NCBI GenBank assembly: GCA_963677485.1
Contig: OY781964.1
Location: 1,920,001 to 1,984,000 of the forward strand
Length of the DNA stretch: 64,000 nt
Direction: 5' to 3'
Source of the DNA: Armatimonadota bacterium
Lineage (GTDB): Bacteria > Armatimonadota > HRBIN16
The position numbers and the translations under genes were made by a program. Positions 1 through 9,473 of this stretch are shown one piece after another (the first letter of the stretch is position 1; the number at the start of each line of letters is the position of its first letter). The notes below the pieces were generated by a model. It had not been told where the DNA came from. It worked only from the letters and a program-made list of their open reading frames with translations, and ran no database searches.

Positions 1-346
1 TGATCAGCGCGTTGGGGTTCGCCGCCAGCACTTTGTCAATCCATTGGTCGACCGCAGAATAATCGGGGGTCTGCCCTGGCCGCGTCCACGGGAATGTGGT
101 GATGACCGACACGATATTGACGCCCTGCTGCTTCGCGGCCGATATCTCCGCCTGCCCAATTTCGGTGGAGCCGAAAATCAGGCCGGTGTATAGCATGATC
201 GGCGCCGTTGGCTTTCCGTTGATCTGGAGCACCGGACCGGCTGGCGTTTGCGCCACCCTGGCGGTGAGTGCCATCACGCTGTGGTTCTGGCTGAGCATTA
301 GGCTGCATAAAATCATGGCAAATACCTGCGTGTGGTGGATTGGCAT
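1..346 (-). CDS. 5' part of a secreted glycoside hydrolase-like protein (beta-galactosidase/GH42-like), runs off the window edge
   Basis: Not in the ORF track. Manual translation from ATG at 346 is open to base 1: MPIHHTQVFAMILCSLML...ARVAQTPAGPVLQINGKP...FPWTRPGQTPDYSAVDQWIDKVLAANPNALI. Has a signal peptide and resembles the start of a TIM-barrel GH. Confidence 0.6.
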   Translation of the reverse strand, partial: MPIHHTQVFAMILCSLMLSQNHSVMALTARVAQTPAGPVLQINGKPTAPIMLYTGLIFGSTEIGQAEISAAKQQGVNIVSVITTFPWTRPGQTPDYSAVDQWIDKVLAANPNALI

Positions 347-511
347 TATGTGAACATCCTTATCTGTCGCTGTGCTGTTCGGACTGCTTGGTACCATTCG
401 GCGTGTTCCGCTTCCATCCCTGCCTGGTTGATGGCCAGATTGGAGAATCAATGACCACTTGGTTTCACGCGAAGACGCGAAGGGTATGACCGGCGTGAGG
501 ATGGTGGTTAG

Positions 512-565
512 CCGAACCCGTCACCCGTGACTCGCAGTCACGATGCCGCGGGTTCCTGCACCGCA
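512..565 (-). repeat. Internally deleted copy of dispersed repeat family C
   Basis: Shares GGGTTCCTGCACCGCA and CCGAACCCGTC with 55283..55503. Confidence 0.6.
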
Positions 566-651
566 TGGCAAAACACCTGTAGCTGAGCACTGCACACCGG
601 GTATATATACACTTGGTGAGTTTTGCAGTCTAATTTGCTGAGGTATGTTTT

Positions 652-1356
652 ATGAATGCACTGGAAAAGGCCATCATCGCGTTAACCAACAATGAGCGCA
701 GCCGCAGGGGGCTCACACCCTGCAGCATGGATGAGCAACTGGCGAACGTCGCGCGGATGCACTCGGCGGACATGCTGAAACGTGATTTCTTTACCCACGA
801 TAACCCCGATGGGTTGGGGCCTGACGAGCGCGTGAAGAAAGGCTATCCCACACTGCTTGGCGGTGTGGGTGAGAACATCGCCTTTCTGGAGAATTACCCC
901 GATGGGGAGCTGGCTAAGCGGTTCGTGACGAACTGGATGAACAGCCCGGGCCACCGAGCGAACATCCTAAAAGCCGACTACAAACTGATGGGTCTTGGCA
1001 TCGCCCGCGAGGGCAGGAGGGTGATGGCCACACAGTTGTTTGCGGATCCCTTCGCCATCTTCAAAAGCCTGCCGTCGTCGACCATCCCTTACGGCAGGAA
1101 GCTGGTGTTGGAATTCTCCAGCCTGATCCCAGCCTCAGATCTGTTTGTTTCTGTGCAGTTTCCTGACGCTCAGGCGAAGTATTTCATCGACTCCCGCCGC
1201 TATTATGTGGGCAGCGCGAAGATCAAGCCGGAGTCACTGGGCGGCAGCAACTACCAGTTCAGCTTGAAGCTGGAGTATGGCCGTGGTGTTTACCGGGTGA
1301 ACATCACTCGTGGGAACTACCTGTATGGCGCGGGGATCGGCATCACTGTGAGGTAG
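652..1356 (+). CDS. CAP/SCP domain protein (YkwD-like)
   Basis: Motifs N.ER...GL, ARMHSADM...FFTH, GENIA and WMNSPGHRANIL; GAGGT RBS. Confidence 0.9.
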   Translation: MNALEKAIIALTNNERSRRGLTPCSMDEQLANVARMHSADMLKRDFFTHDNPDGLGPDERVKKGYPTLLGGVGENIAFLENYPDGELAKRFVTNWMNSPGHRANILKADYKLMGLGIAREGRRVMATQLFADPFAIFKSLPSSTIPYGRKLVLEFSSLIPASDLFVSVQFPDAQAKYFIDSRRYYVGSAKIKPESLGGSNYQFSLKLEYGRGVYRVNITRGNYLYGAGIGITVR

Positions 1357-1497
1357 GTGCTTCGGGAGGAGTTAGGAGCGGAGGAGAGTAGGAGTAAATC
1401 CGGTAAACCATACTCGTCTTACTCATCGTATGTGTCTTCCCGGTCAAGCTTTATGGTAGTGTTAATTGCTATGAAAAACAGGAGTTAAAGCTAAAGT

Positions 1498-3231
1498 ATG
1501 ATTCGTAAAGATTACTTGGGACAGCCGTGGGTGACGCAATCGGCACCCGATTTGAAGTTCACCACCCGCACTGTGCCATCACCGTACGGCATCGACTACC
1601 CATTTGCGGAACAAACCGCACAAGGCGTGACCCTGTTCACCAGGTTTCCGAAGTTTAGTCTGCGTGACCGCCACATACATGTCTCGGGGCCATGGTATAA
1701 CAACTGGGCCGACAACCAGCATTTCACGCGCGGCATCAGCACGGTTGAAGCGGTGCCGAATTATCGCGTTGGAACCGCCCCCACCGATGTCCGGAACCTG
1801 CCGTATACCCAAAAGCACCAACTGATGGGCGACCCGTTCTTCTGGGGACATGCAGAACGTCTGGCCAATGAGCTGGAACAGAAAAACCCCAAATATGACC
1901 GTATCGCCGCGCTGCGTCTTTTCCACAAAGAGCATCTCTTTTCAAACCACCGCGAGGCCTTCTTGACCTTAGGTGAACTGGCCTGGAACGCCGAGAGAGA
2001 ACCCACCGACTACAAACGCAAAGGGGTGCTCTACCCGTGCTTTGACATCGAGGCCACCGGCGGATGGGAGCACCAGCGAGACTGCTTTGGCTGGCTGTAT
2101 GAAGGTTACGCCAGAGCCGCACTGAAAGAGACGGGTATCAGGGTCTGCCCCATTTCCTATGGGCAATACACCTTCGAGGTCGGCGCGCTCTACACGTCTA
2201 TCCGCACGGGAGGCTCAGGCTTACCCGAATACCTTTTGCCCGATAAAGACTATTTGAGGGACAATGACCCCACCCTGAAGATATTCAATGAGTTCCACGG
2301 TGTGCTGTCCACCGATGGCTACCTGCGTGCGATATGGGGCAACGAGCCATTGTATAAGCGCAGCTCCGATGGCCGGCTGATCATGAAACAAGGTGTTCCT
2401 GAGTTTAGTGATCTCACCAGCACGAAATGCTATGGCCACAATCTGACGCTGGAACTCGGCGAAGCGGAGCACTGCCTGCAGGACCTCTACGTCCAGGCGG
2501 TCAGGCTCTACCTGATGCACCACCGCATCGCCGGCCAGTATCCTGCGGACAGCACCATCCGACGGCCGCATTTAGCTAATGTCAAAGTGGGGGCCTGGTC
2601 GCGAATCTGCAACGAAGGTGTTCAGGGTATTCAGTAGAATGACCGCCCGCTGCCGCCATGGCTGATGGACATGTTTACGGGGATGTCGCTGTTCGCTGCC
2701 GACGACTATGTGTTATGGGCCTCAGAGTTTAACACCAGACCGGGCGCCCCAGGAGCCGACTACACCCAGGCATGGAAATACAACGCCCATGGAGTGCTGG
2801 AGTTCCTGGTGAAAGCCGCTCACCGGTATAGCGCTCTGGACCCGATCCATGAAGGGCCGTTCAAGTGGTGCTGGTTCGACCTTCCGGTGATCGCCATGAA
2901 CAAATCCGATGGCGACCGTTACGAGCAAAAGCCCATCATCATGGGCAAACTGCGCAGCTTCAAGGGTAAACCGTGGCTTGAGATGTGGGCCGCTTGGCCA
3001 GCCATTGACAACCAACCGGCCAGCTTCACCGTGTGGATTGAGATGGACGGCAAGAAGTCGCCAGATTGGAAAATAAAACTCCGCAACGGCCGAAGCTACT
3101 ATCTTGATGCATGGCAGTTACCGGCTGAGTTCGCTAAGGCGGAAGGTAAGCATGTGCATGTGCGTTTCACAGACCAGCTTGGGGTCACTCGAAACTGGCA
3201 GGGCGACTGGCGCTTGCGGCTGCGCGGGTAG
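1498..3231 (+). pseudogene. Hypothetical ~577-codon gene interrupted by one in-frame TAG (2635..2637)
   Basis: ORFs 1498..2637 and 2665..3231 are in the same frame and read ...GVQGIQ*NDRPLPPWLMDMF...; no RBS before the second ATG. Confidence 0.65.
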
Positions 3232-3428
3232 GGACCCCCCGTTTACGGACGCCATTCCGTGGAGTGACTAAACCGCGGAAACGCGGCTGATCATCTGCGG
3301 TATGGACTGAACATCCCGTGTCGACGGGTTCCATCGCCCCAGGGGGCTCCATCACCCGTCGCTGATCAAATAGCTGCCCGCGTTCCGGCGGGCGTAGGGA
3401 GGACGCCTGCGCCGTCCGTGACTACGTA
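3222..3428 (+). repeat. Dispersed repeat family C copy (~200 bp, GC-rich, structured)
   Basis: Colinear blocks match the reverse complement of 55283..55503, e.g. GTGACTAAACC, TCGCTGATCAA, GCCCGCGTTCCGGCGGGCGT. Confidence 0.7.
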
Positions 3429-3603
3429 GCAGAACATAGTCGTGCAGGGTGACAAAAACCGCGGCACATCGGATCTAGTGCTGTTCAGGGTTGAGCAGTT
3501 ACATTCCAGTGTCACTCGGGGTATCATTAAGGCTGGAGTACCTCGCATTTGACTGCGCAGGCACCCGCATCAACGCAGTTTACAACCACCAAGGAGAACT
3601 TTC

Positions 3604-4074
3604 ATGGCATACGGAATACCGCACCTCATTTTCGCTCTGAACTACTCATATGGCAACGTGATGAAACACATAAACGGCTGCAGCGATGAGCAGTGGAATT
3701 GGAAACCCTACCCCGAATGCAAGAGCATCAGAGAGACCGTGGAGCACATGATCGTGGATTGCCGCGCCTGTGTCTATTGCCTCCGCACCTCTGCCATGCC
3801 CGACTTCGAGAAGATGGCGGTCACCGAAACGGACCGCAGCAAGCTGTTTGAGCTGCTGGATCAGGCTCATGGACAGATGCTCGAATACATCCAAGCCAAC
3901 TACGCCGATATCCCCTTGGATACTATGGTCACGATGTGGGGTATGCAGATGCCGCTAGCCGCTGCCATTGGTAGCATGACCACGGAATATCACTACCACG
4001 CAGGGCAGATCGCCTTTATCCGCATGGCCACCGATCCCAACTGGGATTACTACGCTGCGGTCTTCGGCGCGTAG
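3604..4074 (+). CDS. DinB/YfiT family protein
   Basis: WNWKP...SIRETVEHM and YHYHAGQI histidine motifs; AAGGAG RBS. Confidence 0.85.
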   Translation: MAYGIPHLIFALNYSYGNVMKHINGCSDEQWNWKPYPECKSIRETVEHMIVDCRACVYCLRTSAMPDFEKMAVTETDRSKLFELLDQAHGQMLEYIQANYADIPLDTMVTMWGMQMPLAAAIGSMTTEYHYHAGQIAFIRMATDPNWDYYAAVFGA

Positions 4075-4141
4075 CCCATCCCGTGGTATGAATGCCAGTC
4101 AATCACCCACAAATACATAGCAAACTGCAGATACCTTCCGA

Positions 4142-4349
4142 GCACCCACGAAGTGGGTAAGATTCTTATAGCCACGGGTGAGCGCCAGCGATACCCGTGG
4201 AATGCAGACAGAAACGATCTACCCCGAAGGGGTCTTCGGTGGTGTCAATGAGGTGCGACCCACTTCGGGGTAGGATTGTTTGCGGGTTTACCAGGGGTTG
4301 CGCTTCGCTTACCCCTGGCTATAATGAATCATACCCACTTCGTGGGTGC
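4142..4349. repeat. 208-bp nested palindromic element (REPIN/MITE-like)
   Basis: Termini GCACCCACGAAGTGGGTA and TACCCACTTCGTGGGTGC; internal inverted pairs TATAGCCA/TGGCTATA and CTACCCCGAAG/CTTCGGGGTAG. Confidence 0.8.
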
Positions 4350-4388
4350 CGGACCATCCATGCCATATGCTATGATCGATTTATACTG

Positions 4389-4475
4389 GTCGTAGGGGCG
4401 TCCCTTGTGGGCGCCCTAAGCAATCATTATCGCCTGAACAACGATTAGGGCGCCCACAAGGGACGCCCCTACGAC
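4389..4475. repeat. GTAG-family REP doublet (REPIN)
   Basis: Perfect 31-bp inverted repeat GTCGTAGGGGCGTCCCTTGTGGGCGCCCTAA around a short spacer. Confidence 0.85.
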
Positions 4476-4645
4476 AGTATCAGTTGCAGTATGGACTGTC
4501 GTGCCAAAACAGGCCGTTTCTTGTTGATCAATAGCCGAGACATTTATGCCGCGGAATCGGAGATATACGGGCTCGCAATGCGCGGGGTCGCATATATGAT
4601 TTCTAGGTCATTAACTGACCGCACATATACAGGAGTTCTTCACAG

Positions 4646-5893
4646 ATGATTTGTGCCCAATCGACACCGACAGGAACGCTGTCACCCCAGGATATCAACG
4701 CGAACTTATGCCGGTTTGCTGAGGAGATGCCGCAGCACGGCCAGCGGATTCTGCTGGTGGTGCCCGACCTCACCCGCACGGCACCCATCGATGTGGTCTA
4801 CCAGACCATATACCCCATCCTGGCCCGACGCTTCCGCGATGTCGATGTGATGGTAGCCCTGGGCACCCATCAGCCACTGACCGATCAGCAGATATGCCAG
4901 CGACTGGGTATCAGCGAGCAGCAGCACAAAGACACCTATACCCAGAGCCGCTTCTTCAACCACGCCTTTGACGACCCAGAGCAGTTGCAGCTCATCGGCC
5001 ACTTCAGCAGCGAGCAGGTGTGGGAGATCAGCGAAGGTTTGATGCGCGAAGAGGTGCCCATCACCATCAACAAGCGTCTGCTAGGTTACGACCAGGTGCT
5101 GATTATCGGGCCGGTGTTCCCCCACGAGGTGGTCGGATTCTCCGGCGGAAATAAGTATCTCTTCCCCGGCGTGGCAGGCCGGGAGCTGATCGACTTCTTC
5201 CACTGGCTGGGTGCGCTGATCACGAACGTGAAGGTGATTGGCGTAAAGCACAATCCGGTCAGGCGGGTGGTGGACGAGGCTGCGAAATACCTGTCGACCC
5301 CCCGTTATGCTCTCTGCCTGGTGGAGGACAGCGGTCTGGCGGGGATGTTCGGCGGATCACCCGAGGAGGCCTGGCAAGGCGCTTCGGAGCTGAGTTCACA
5401 GCGTCACATATTGTATACACCCCGGGCCTATCACACCATCCTAAGCTGTGCGCCCGAGATGTATGACGAGATGTGGGTGGGCGGCAAGTGTATGTATAAG
5501 CTGGAGCCGGTGCTGGCCGAGGGCGGCACGCTTATCATTTATGCCCCGCACATCAAGCTGATTTCGGTCACCCATGGGGCATTGATAGAGGAGGTGGGCT
5601 ATCACTGCCGCGACTACATCGTGTATCACTGGGAGCGGTTGAAGCACATCCCCCGCGGCGTTCTGGCGCACAGCACGCACGTGAAGGGTCAAGGCCGCAT
5701 GGAAGGCGATGTGGAGCATCCGCGCGCCCGAGTGGTTCTGGCCACCGGCATATCAGAAGAGCTGACGCGTAAGGTCAACCTCGACTACGTGTCGCCTGGC
5801 AGCATCAACCCGGCTGACTACGCTAACCGCGAAGCGGAAGGCGTGCTTCTGGTGCCCCACGCCGGCGAGCGGCTGTATAGGCTGCGGGAGTAA
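4646..5893 (+). CDS. Lactate racemase (LarA/DUF2088) family protein
   Basis: VVPDLTR, ALGTH, FNH and FPHEVVGFSGGNK motifs typical of LarA homologues. Confidence 0.85.
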   Translation: MICAQSTPTGTLSPQDINANLCRFAEEMPQHGQRILLVVPDLTRTAPIDVVYQTIYPILARRFRDVDVMVALGTHQPLTDQQICQRLGISEQQHKDTYTQSRFFNHAFDDPEQLQLIGHFSSEQVWEISEGLMREEVPITINKRLLGYDQVLIIGPVFPHEVVGFSGGNKYLFPGVAGRELIDFFHWLGALITNVKVIGVKHNPVRRVVDEAAKYLSTPRYALCLVEDSGLAGMFGGSPEEAWQGASELSSQRHILYTPRAYHTILSCAPEMYDEMWVGGKCMYKLEPVLAEGGTLIIYAPHIKLISVTHGALIEEVGYHCRDYIVYHWERLKHIPRGVLAHSTHVKGQGRMEGDVEHPRARVVLATGISEELTRKVNLDYVSPGSINPADYANREAEGVLLVPHAGERLYRLRE

Positions 5894-5921
5894 GCGAGGT
5901 CGGGGGGGGAATCGCACGAGG

Positions 5922-6845
5922 GTGAGTATGGAGATGGAATACAATAAACCAAGCCTAGACATCAATCAACAGGTTCAAAGACTAATGGGTCGTGGTATGC
6001 AAGGCGACCCTGAATACATGGCTGCCAAGTTAGCGATTGTTAGTTACAACCGCCTGAGTGCCTATTGGCGCATCTATCGTAACGATGATGGTAGGTTCAT
6101 GCCGAATACGAGCTTTAAGGCAGTTTGGGATGTATATGTATTTGATCAGCGATTGCGACTCCTTGTCATGGACGCGATAGAGCGGATCGAGGTAGCTGTT
6201 CGATCTAGGCTTGCCTATCATCACTCACAGGTATACGGGCCATTTGGCTATGCGAACGATCCGGTCAGCTTACCCGCTATCGGTAAGCATAACCCGCAAC
6301 TACTAATAATGATCCAGAACCAGATATCTAGAAGCCATGTAGAATATGTGATGAACTTCACTCAAATGTATGGGGACAAACATGAATACCCACCTCTCTG
6401 GATGACTGTAGAGGCGATATCATTCGGCTTGCTGGTCAATCTGTATAGAAGTGTACCTGATAAGATAAAAAAGTCCATTGCTATCGAGTTCTGCGTATGT
6501 GCACCCGTGTTTGAATCATGGATGATCATGCTGAGGATAATACGAAACATCAGTGCTCATCACGCCCGGTTATGGAACATTTCACTTGAGATGACTGCCA
6601 AGCCTAAGCTTCCCGACCGAAACAACGGTCGACAGTGGTATATACCAACTGACATCAGTAATAAAAACATGTATGCAATACTCTCAATATGCAAATGGTG
6701 TATGGATTCGATTTCGCCATCGAGCAACTGGTATAGACGTATCTTCAAACTATTCGATGATTTCCTGTCTGTTCCCAGGTCATATATGGGCATTCCTGAT
6801 GACTGGAGAAATCATGAAATATGGAAATCGACACACTCTCATTGA
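5922..6845 (+). CDS. Abi family protein (Abi_2, AbiD/AbiF-like HEPN nuclease)
   Basis: KPSL..QQV..L..RGM, SYNRLSAY, YVFDQRLRLLVMDAIERIEVAVR, PPLWMTVE.ISFG and the HEPN motif RNISAHH; lower GC than its neighbours. Confidence 0.9.
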   Translation: MSMEMEYNKPSLDINQQVQRLMGRGMQGDPEYMAAKLAIVSYNRLSAYWRIYRNDDGRFMPNTSFKAVWDVYVFDQRLRLLVMDAIERIEVAVRSRLAYHHSQVYGPFGYANDPVSLPAIGKHNPQLLIMIQNQISRSHVEYVMNFTQMYGDKHEYPPLWMTVEAISFGLLVNLYRSVPDKIKKSIAIEFCVCAPVFESWMIMLRIIRNISAHHARLWNISLEMTAKPKLPDRNNGRQWYIPTDISNKNMYAILSICKWCMDSISPSSNWYRRIFKLFDDFLSVPRSYMGIPDDWRNHEIWKSTHSH

Positions 6846-6870
6846 CAAATGTTCAATAATGTGAGATAAT
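6842..6870 (+). promoter_or_regulatory. Sigma70-type promoter overlapping the Abi stop codon
   Basis: TTGACA (6842..6847), 17 bp, GATAAT (6865..6870), with an extended TG at 6862..6863. Confidence 0.75.
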
Positions 6871-6876
6871 GATCAT

Positions 6877-6940
6877 GTAATACCCCTCAAGCCTCTGCGG
6901 TTTCGGCTGCAAGCTCAAATTGAGGGGTTTTTATGTTTTT
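6877..6940 (+). ncRNA. Candidate abiF-associated small RNA (antitoxin)
   Basis: ACCCCTCAA...TTGAGGGGT stem with an inner TGCGGT-TTCG-GCTGCA hairpin and a T-tract; lies directly behind its own promoter with no ORF. Confidence 0.6.
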
Positions 6941-7000
6941 AAGGAACGACTGTTATTCCATATCAACAAGCCATCATCACTGAGCGTGACGCCTCCTGTT

Positions 7001-7414
7001 TCATAGGCTGGGTAGTTTGGTTAGGATAGACATACGTTTTGTGCTTTCATCAATCACAGATATCTCCCTGCGTGCCACATCCAGAAATAGAGGTGCTCCC
7101 CATGATGTTTCCACTACGGAGGTTATTAAATACATAATCGTGAGTTCTTTTATGTGTCTGCGTGCATATATCACGCACTGTAGTATGAGGTTATATGGCG
7201 CTGGATTGGCGATGACTGAAAATAACGCATGCTCCGCTGTTATCGTAGCCGACATCAACACTGGCTCGATGACAGATAGTAGACTTGCAGTATTTGTGTA
7301 ATATGCCCTTTTGATCGTGATGGGTGCCTCTTCTTGTCCAACGACGTAGTGCTGTCCATCAACGCAACGCAATATCTTTCTAGTGTCATCTCGTAAGTCT
7401 ATGATCTTACTCAT
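7001..7414 (-). CDS. Hypothetical protein (orphan, low GC)
   Basis: 137-aa ORF with GAGGTG RBS and an upstream promoter; no recognisable motif. Confidence 0.55.
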   Translation of the reverse strand: MSKIIDLRDDTRKILRCVDGQHYVVGQEEAPITIKRAYYTNTASLLSVIEPVLMSATITAEHALFSVIANPAPYNLILQCVIYARRHIKELTIMYLITSVVETSWGAPLFLDVARREISVIDESTKRMSILTKLPSL

Positions 7415-7534
7415 TGCGTTTCACCTCATCGAGTAGTTGTGAGCTCATCCCGCAACTGTTATCAATCGCCCGCTTGGTATGATAGGATCGGTTGAGCCGT
7501 TTAGGTTAACAAACACTTTCGGCTGCTTTGCTAT

Positions 7535-7563
7535 TTTATACCCTTTTCAACATGGACTGTCAA
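7535..7563 (-). promoter_or_regulatory. Sigma70-type promoter
   Basis: Minus strand TTGACA-17 bp-TATAAA upstream of 7414. Confidence 0.6.
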
Positions 7564-7611
7564 GCCACCAGTTTTGGGCCAACCACCAGACCGACGTCGT
7601 CATCTCTTAGT

Positions 7612-7846
7612 CTGCGCCATCTGTGTTATTTGTGGATGAATTCATCCCATTCGTGTCCATTCGTGGTTAACTCCGGGCCGAGCTGGGCATTGTGAACCAC
7701 GGATTACGCGGATTACGCGGATTTCACGAATGGAGAGGTGGCAGAAACCCACCCTTCGCGTCTTCGCGTCTTCGCGTGAGAAATACCCCTCTGCGAAATC
7801 TGCGTGATCTGTGGATGAATTGATCCCATTATGTTCGTTCGTGGTT
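7612..7846. repeat. Mosaic of short 8-9-nt period repeats
   Basis: ATCTGTG/ATCTGCG, ATTCGTG, CGCGGATTA and CTTCGCGT tandem motifs also seen at 44350, 47100, 49200-49980 and 61470. Confidence 0.75.
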
Positions 7847-7858
7847 TGTTCTAACGGG

Positions 7859-8869
7859 TTATTGCTTGATATAAAGCCCGCTGAACAACGCCGATAACTG
7901 CTGTGTGGTCATGCCTTTCGTGTCAGTAGCAGCTTCTGCTCTGGCTACCCCGCCGCTGAAAGCCAGGTAGCGTTCACTGGCATTGGGGGCTACTATGATC
8001 CGAATTCGAACCCTTGAGATACCACTCCACCGCTCAAGCACCGACTTTGCAGCGAGTAGAGCCAGCCGCATCGCTTCCTCTGACGAAACCTGCTTATTAG
8101 TGACCGCCGTCAGCCCGGCTTCGTAAAGAACGGGGTCATAGTGCGCCGATCGCGTGACCATCTCGGTGTGAGCCGCCAACACGCCATTCACCACCTCCAT
8201 CATGCCAAGCTCTTCTGGCGTCATATCGGGGATATCTGCAGCAGGGGGTGTGCTCAACACAACTTCAGGGCTGTTGCCATCTGGAGTGACTTGGGGGGAT
8301 GTCCGGGCCGTGTTCTGTTTAGATATCGACACCTGACCGCGCAAGGCCGCCTGTTTCGATGGCTGTAAAACCTGTGACAGCATGACCAGCGTAAGCAGCA
8401 GCCCCACGCCCGTTATGATTCCAAACAGCCGGTAGTTTCGGGTGCGCCGACTGAGCATCGCCATCGTGTTCTCGTGTTCTTGAATCTGCGTGCGGCGGTC
8501 TACCTCGGCCATCACATCCTGCAGCCGCTGCTGGTATACCAGTTTGCCAGGGGCGGCGTCTGCTGCGGTGCGGTACCATCGGCTGGCCTCATTTAAGTCA
8601 CCTTCGTCAAACGAAAGGTCACCTCTTACCGCCAGCGCATCTGCATTTTCCGGGTGATATTTCAGTATCTCTTCACAGATGCTAATCGCTTCCCGCCGCT
8701 GACCGCGTATGCGCAGCAGGTTGATGCGCGCAAGCTGCAGATTGATAGAGCGCTCTTCACGGTCGCGCAGCAGGATATCAGCATCTTCACCCGATGTGGA
8801 GAGGCCGCACTCAGGGCATTTGCGATCGCCTGACTTCAATGGTGATAAACAATGGCTGCAAAAATCCAT
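7859..8869 (-). CDS. Zinc-ribbon + TPR membrane-anchored protein
   Basis: N-terminal CSHC...CPECG, TPR-like HPENADAL..RGDL and one TM helix (LFGIITGVGLLLTLVML). Confidence 0.75.
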   Translation of the reverse strand: MDFCSHCLSPLKSGDRKCPECGLSTSGEDADILLRDREERSINLQLARINLLRIRGQRREAISICEEILKYHPENADALAVRGDLSFDEGDLNEASRWYRTAADAAPGKLVYQQRLQDVMAEVDRRTQIQEHENTMAMLSRRTRNYRLFGIITGVGLLLTLVMLSQVLQPSKQAALRGQVSISKQNTARTSPQVTPDGNSPEVVLSTPPAADIPDMTPEELGMMEVVNGVLAAHTEMVTRSAHYDPVLYEAGLTAVTNKQVSSEEAMRLALLAAKSVLERWSGISRVRIRIIVAPNASERYLAFSGGVARAEAATDTKGMTTQQLSALFSGLYIKQ

Positions 8870-8895
8870 AAACGCGCCAGACTCCCTTCGTGATT

Positions 8896-9345
8896 TTACG
8901 CTCGGCCTGTGCTGCCAAACCCGCCGTCACCTCGCTCGGTATCATCAAGCTCCTGTTCCTGCACAAAGCTCGCTTGAGTCACAGGGGCAATCACCATCTG
9001 GGCGATGCGGTCACCGCGATGGACCGTATAGTTATCCTGCCCGTGGTTGATGAGTATCACACTAATGGTACCCCGATAATCGCTGTCGATTGTGCCTGGT
9101 GAGTTTACCATCGTGATTCCGTGCTTAAATGCCAGACCGCTGCGAGGTCGTATCTGTGCTTCGTAACCTGGTGGTAATGAGATACGCAGGCCCGTGGTGA
9201 TCAGCCGTCTTTCACCCGGCACGATCACGGCCGATTTTTCTATCGCCGCACTCAGATCGCAGCCAGCCGAACCTTCGGTAGCATAACTGGGCAGAGGCAG
9301 CCCTTTCGCGCAGGGGTCCTGGGATATCTTGACTTCGAGGTTCAT
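8896..9345 (-). CDS. dut: dUTP diphosphatase
   Basis: Motifs [27 protein letters not shown] and [12 protein letters not shown]; start placed at MNLEV. Confidence 0.97.
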   Translation of the reverse strand: MNLEVKISQDPCAKGLPLPSYATEGSAGCDLSAAIEKSAVIVPGERRLITTGLRISLPPGYEAQIRPRSGLAFKHGITMVNSPGTIDSDYRGTISVILINHGQDNYTVHRGDRIAQMVIAPVTQASFVQEQELDDTERGDGGFGSTGRA

Positions 9346-9473
9346 AAATATTAAATCATCCTGTTCTTTTATAACTCGATAGCCCGTGGTGTGGCGCACG
9401 GCTAATATGGTTGTCCGATCACTTCATTGGCCATGAATCCAAAGCGGTGCGACTTCCGACGCTTCGGTGTCGA

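Noticed and set aside
96-353. 85-aa plus-strand and 90-aa minus-strand ORFs at the window start
   Set aside because: They overlap a more convincing minus-strand frame (ATG 346) that runs off the window edge.
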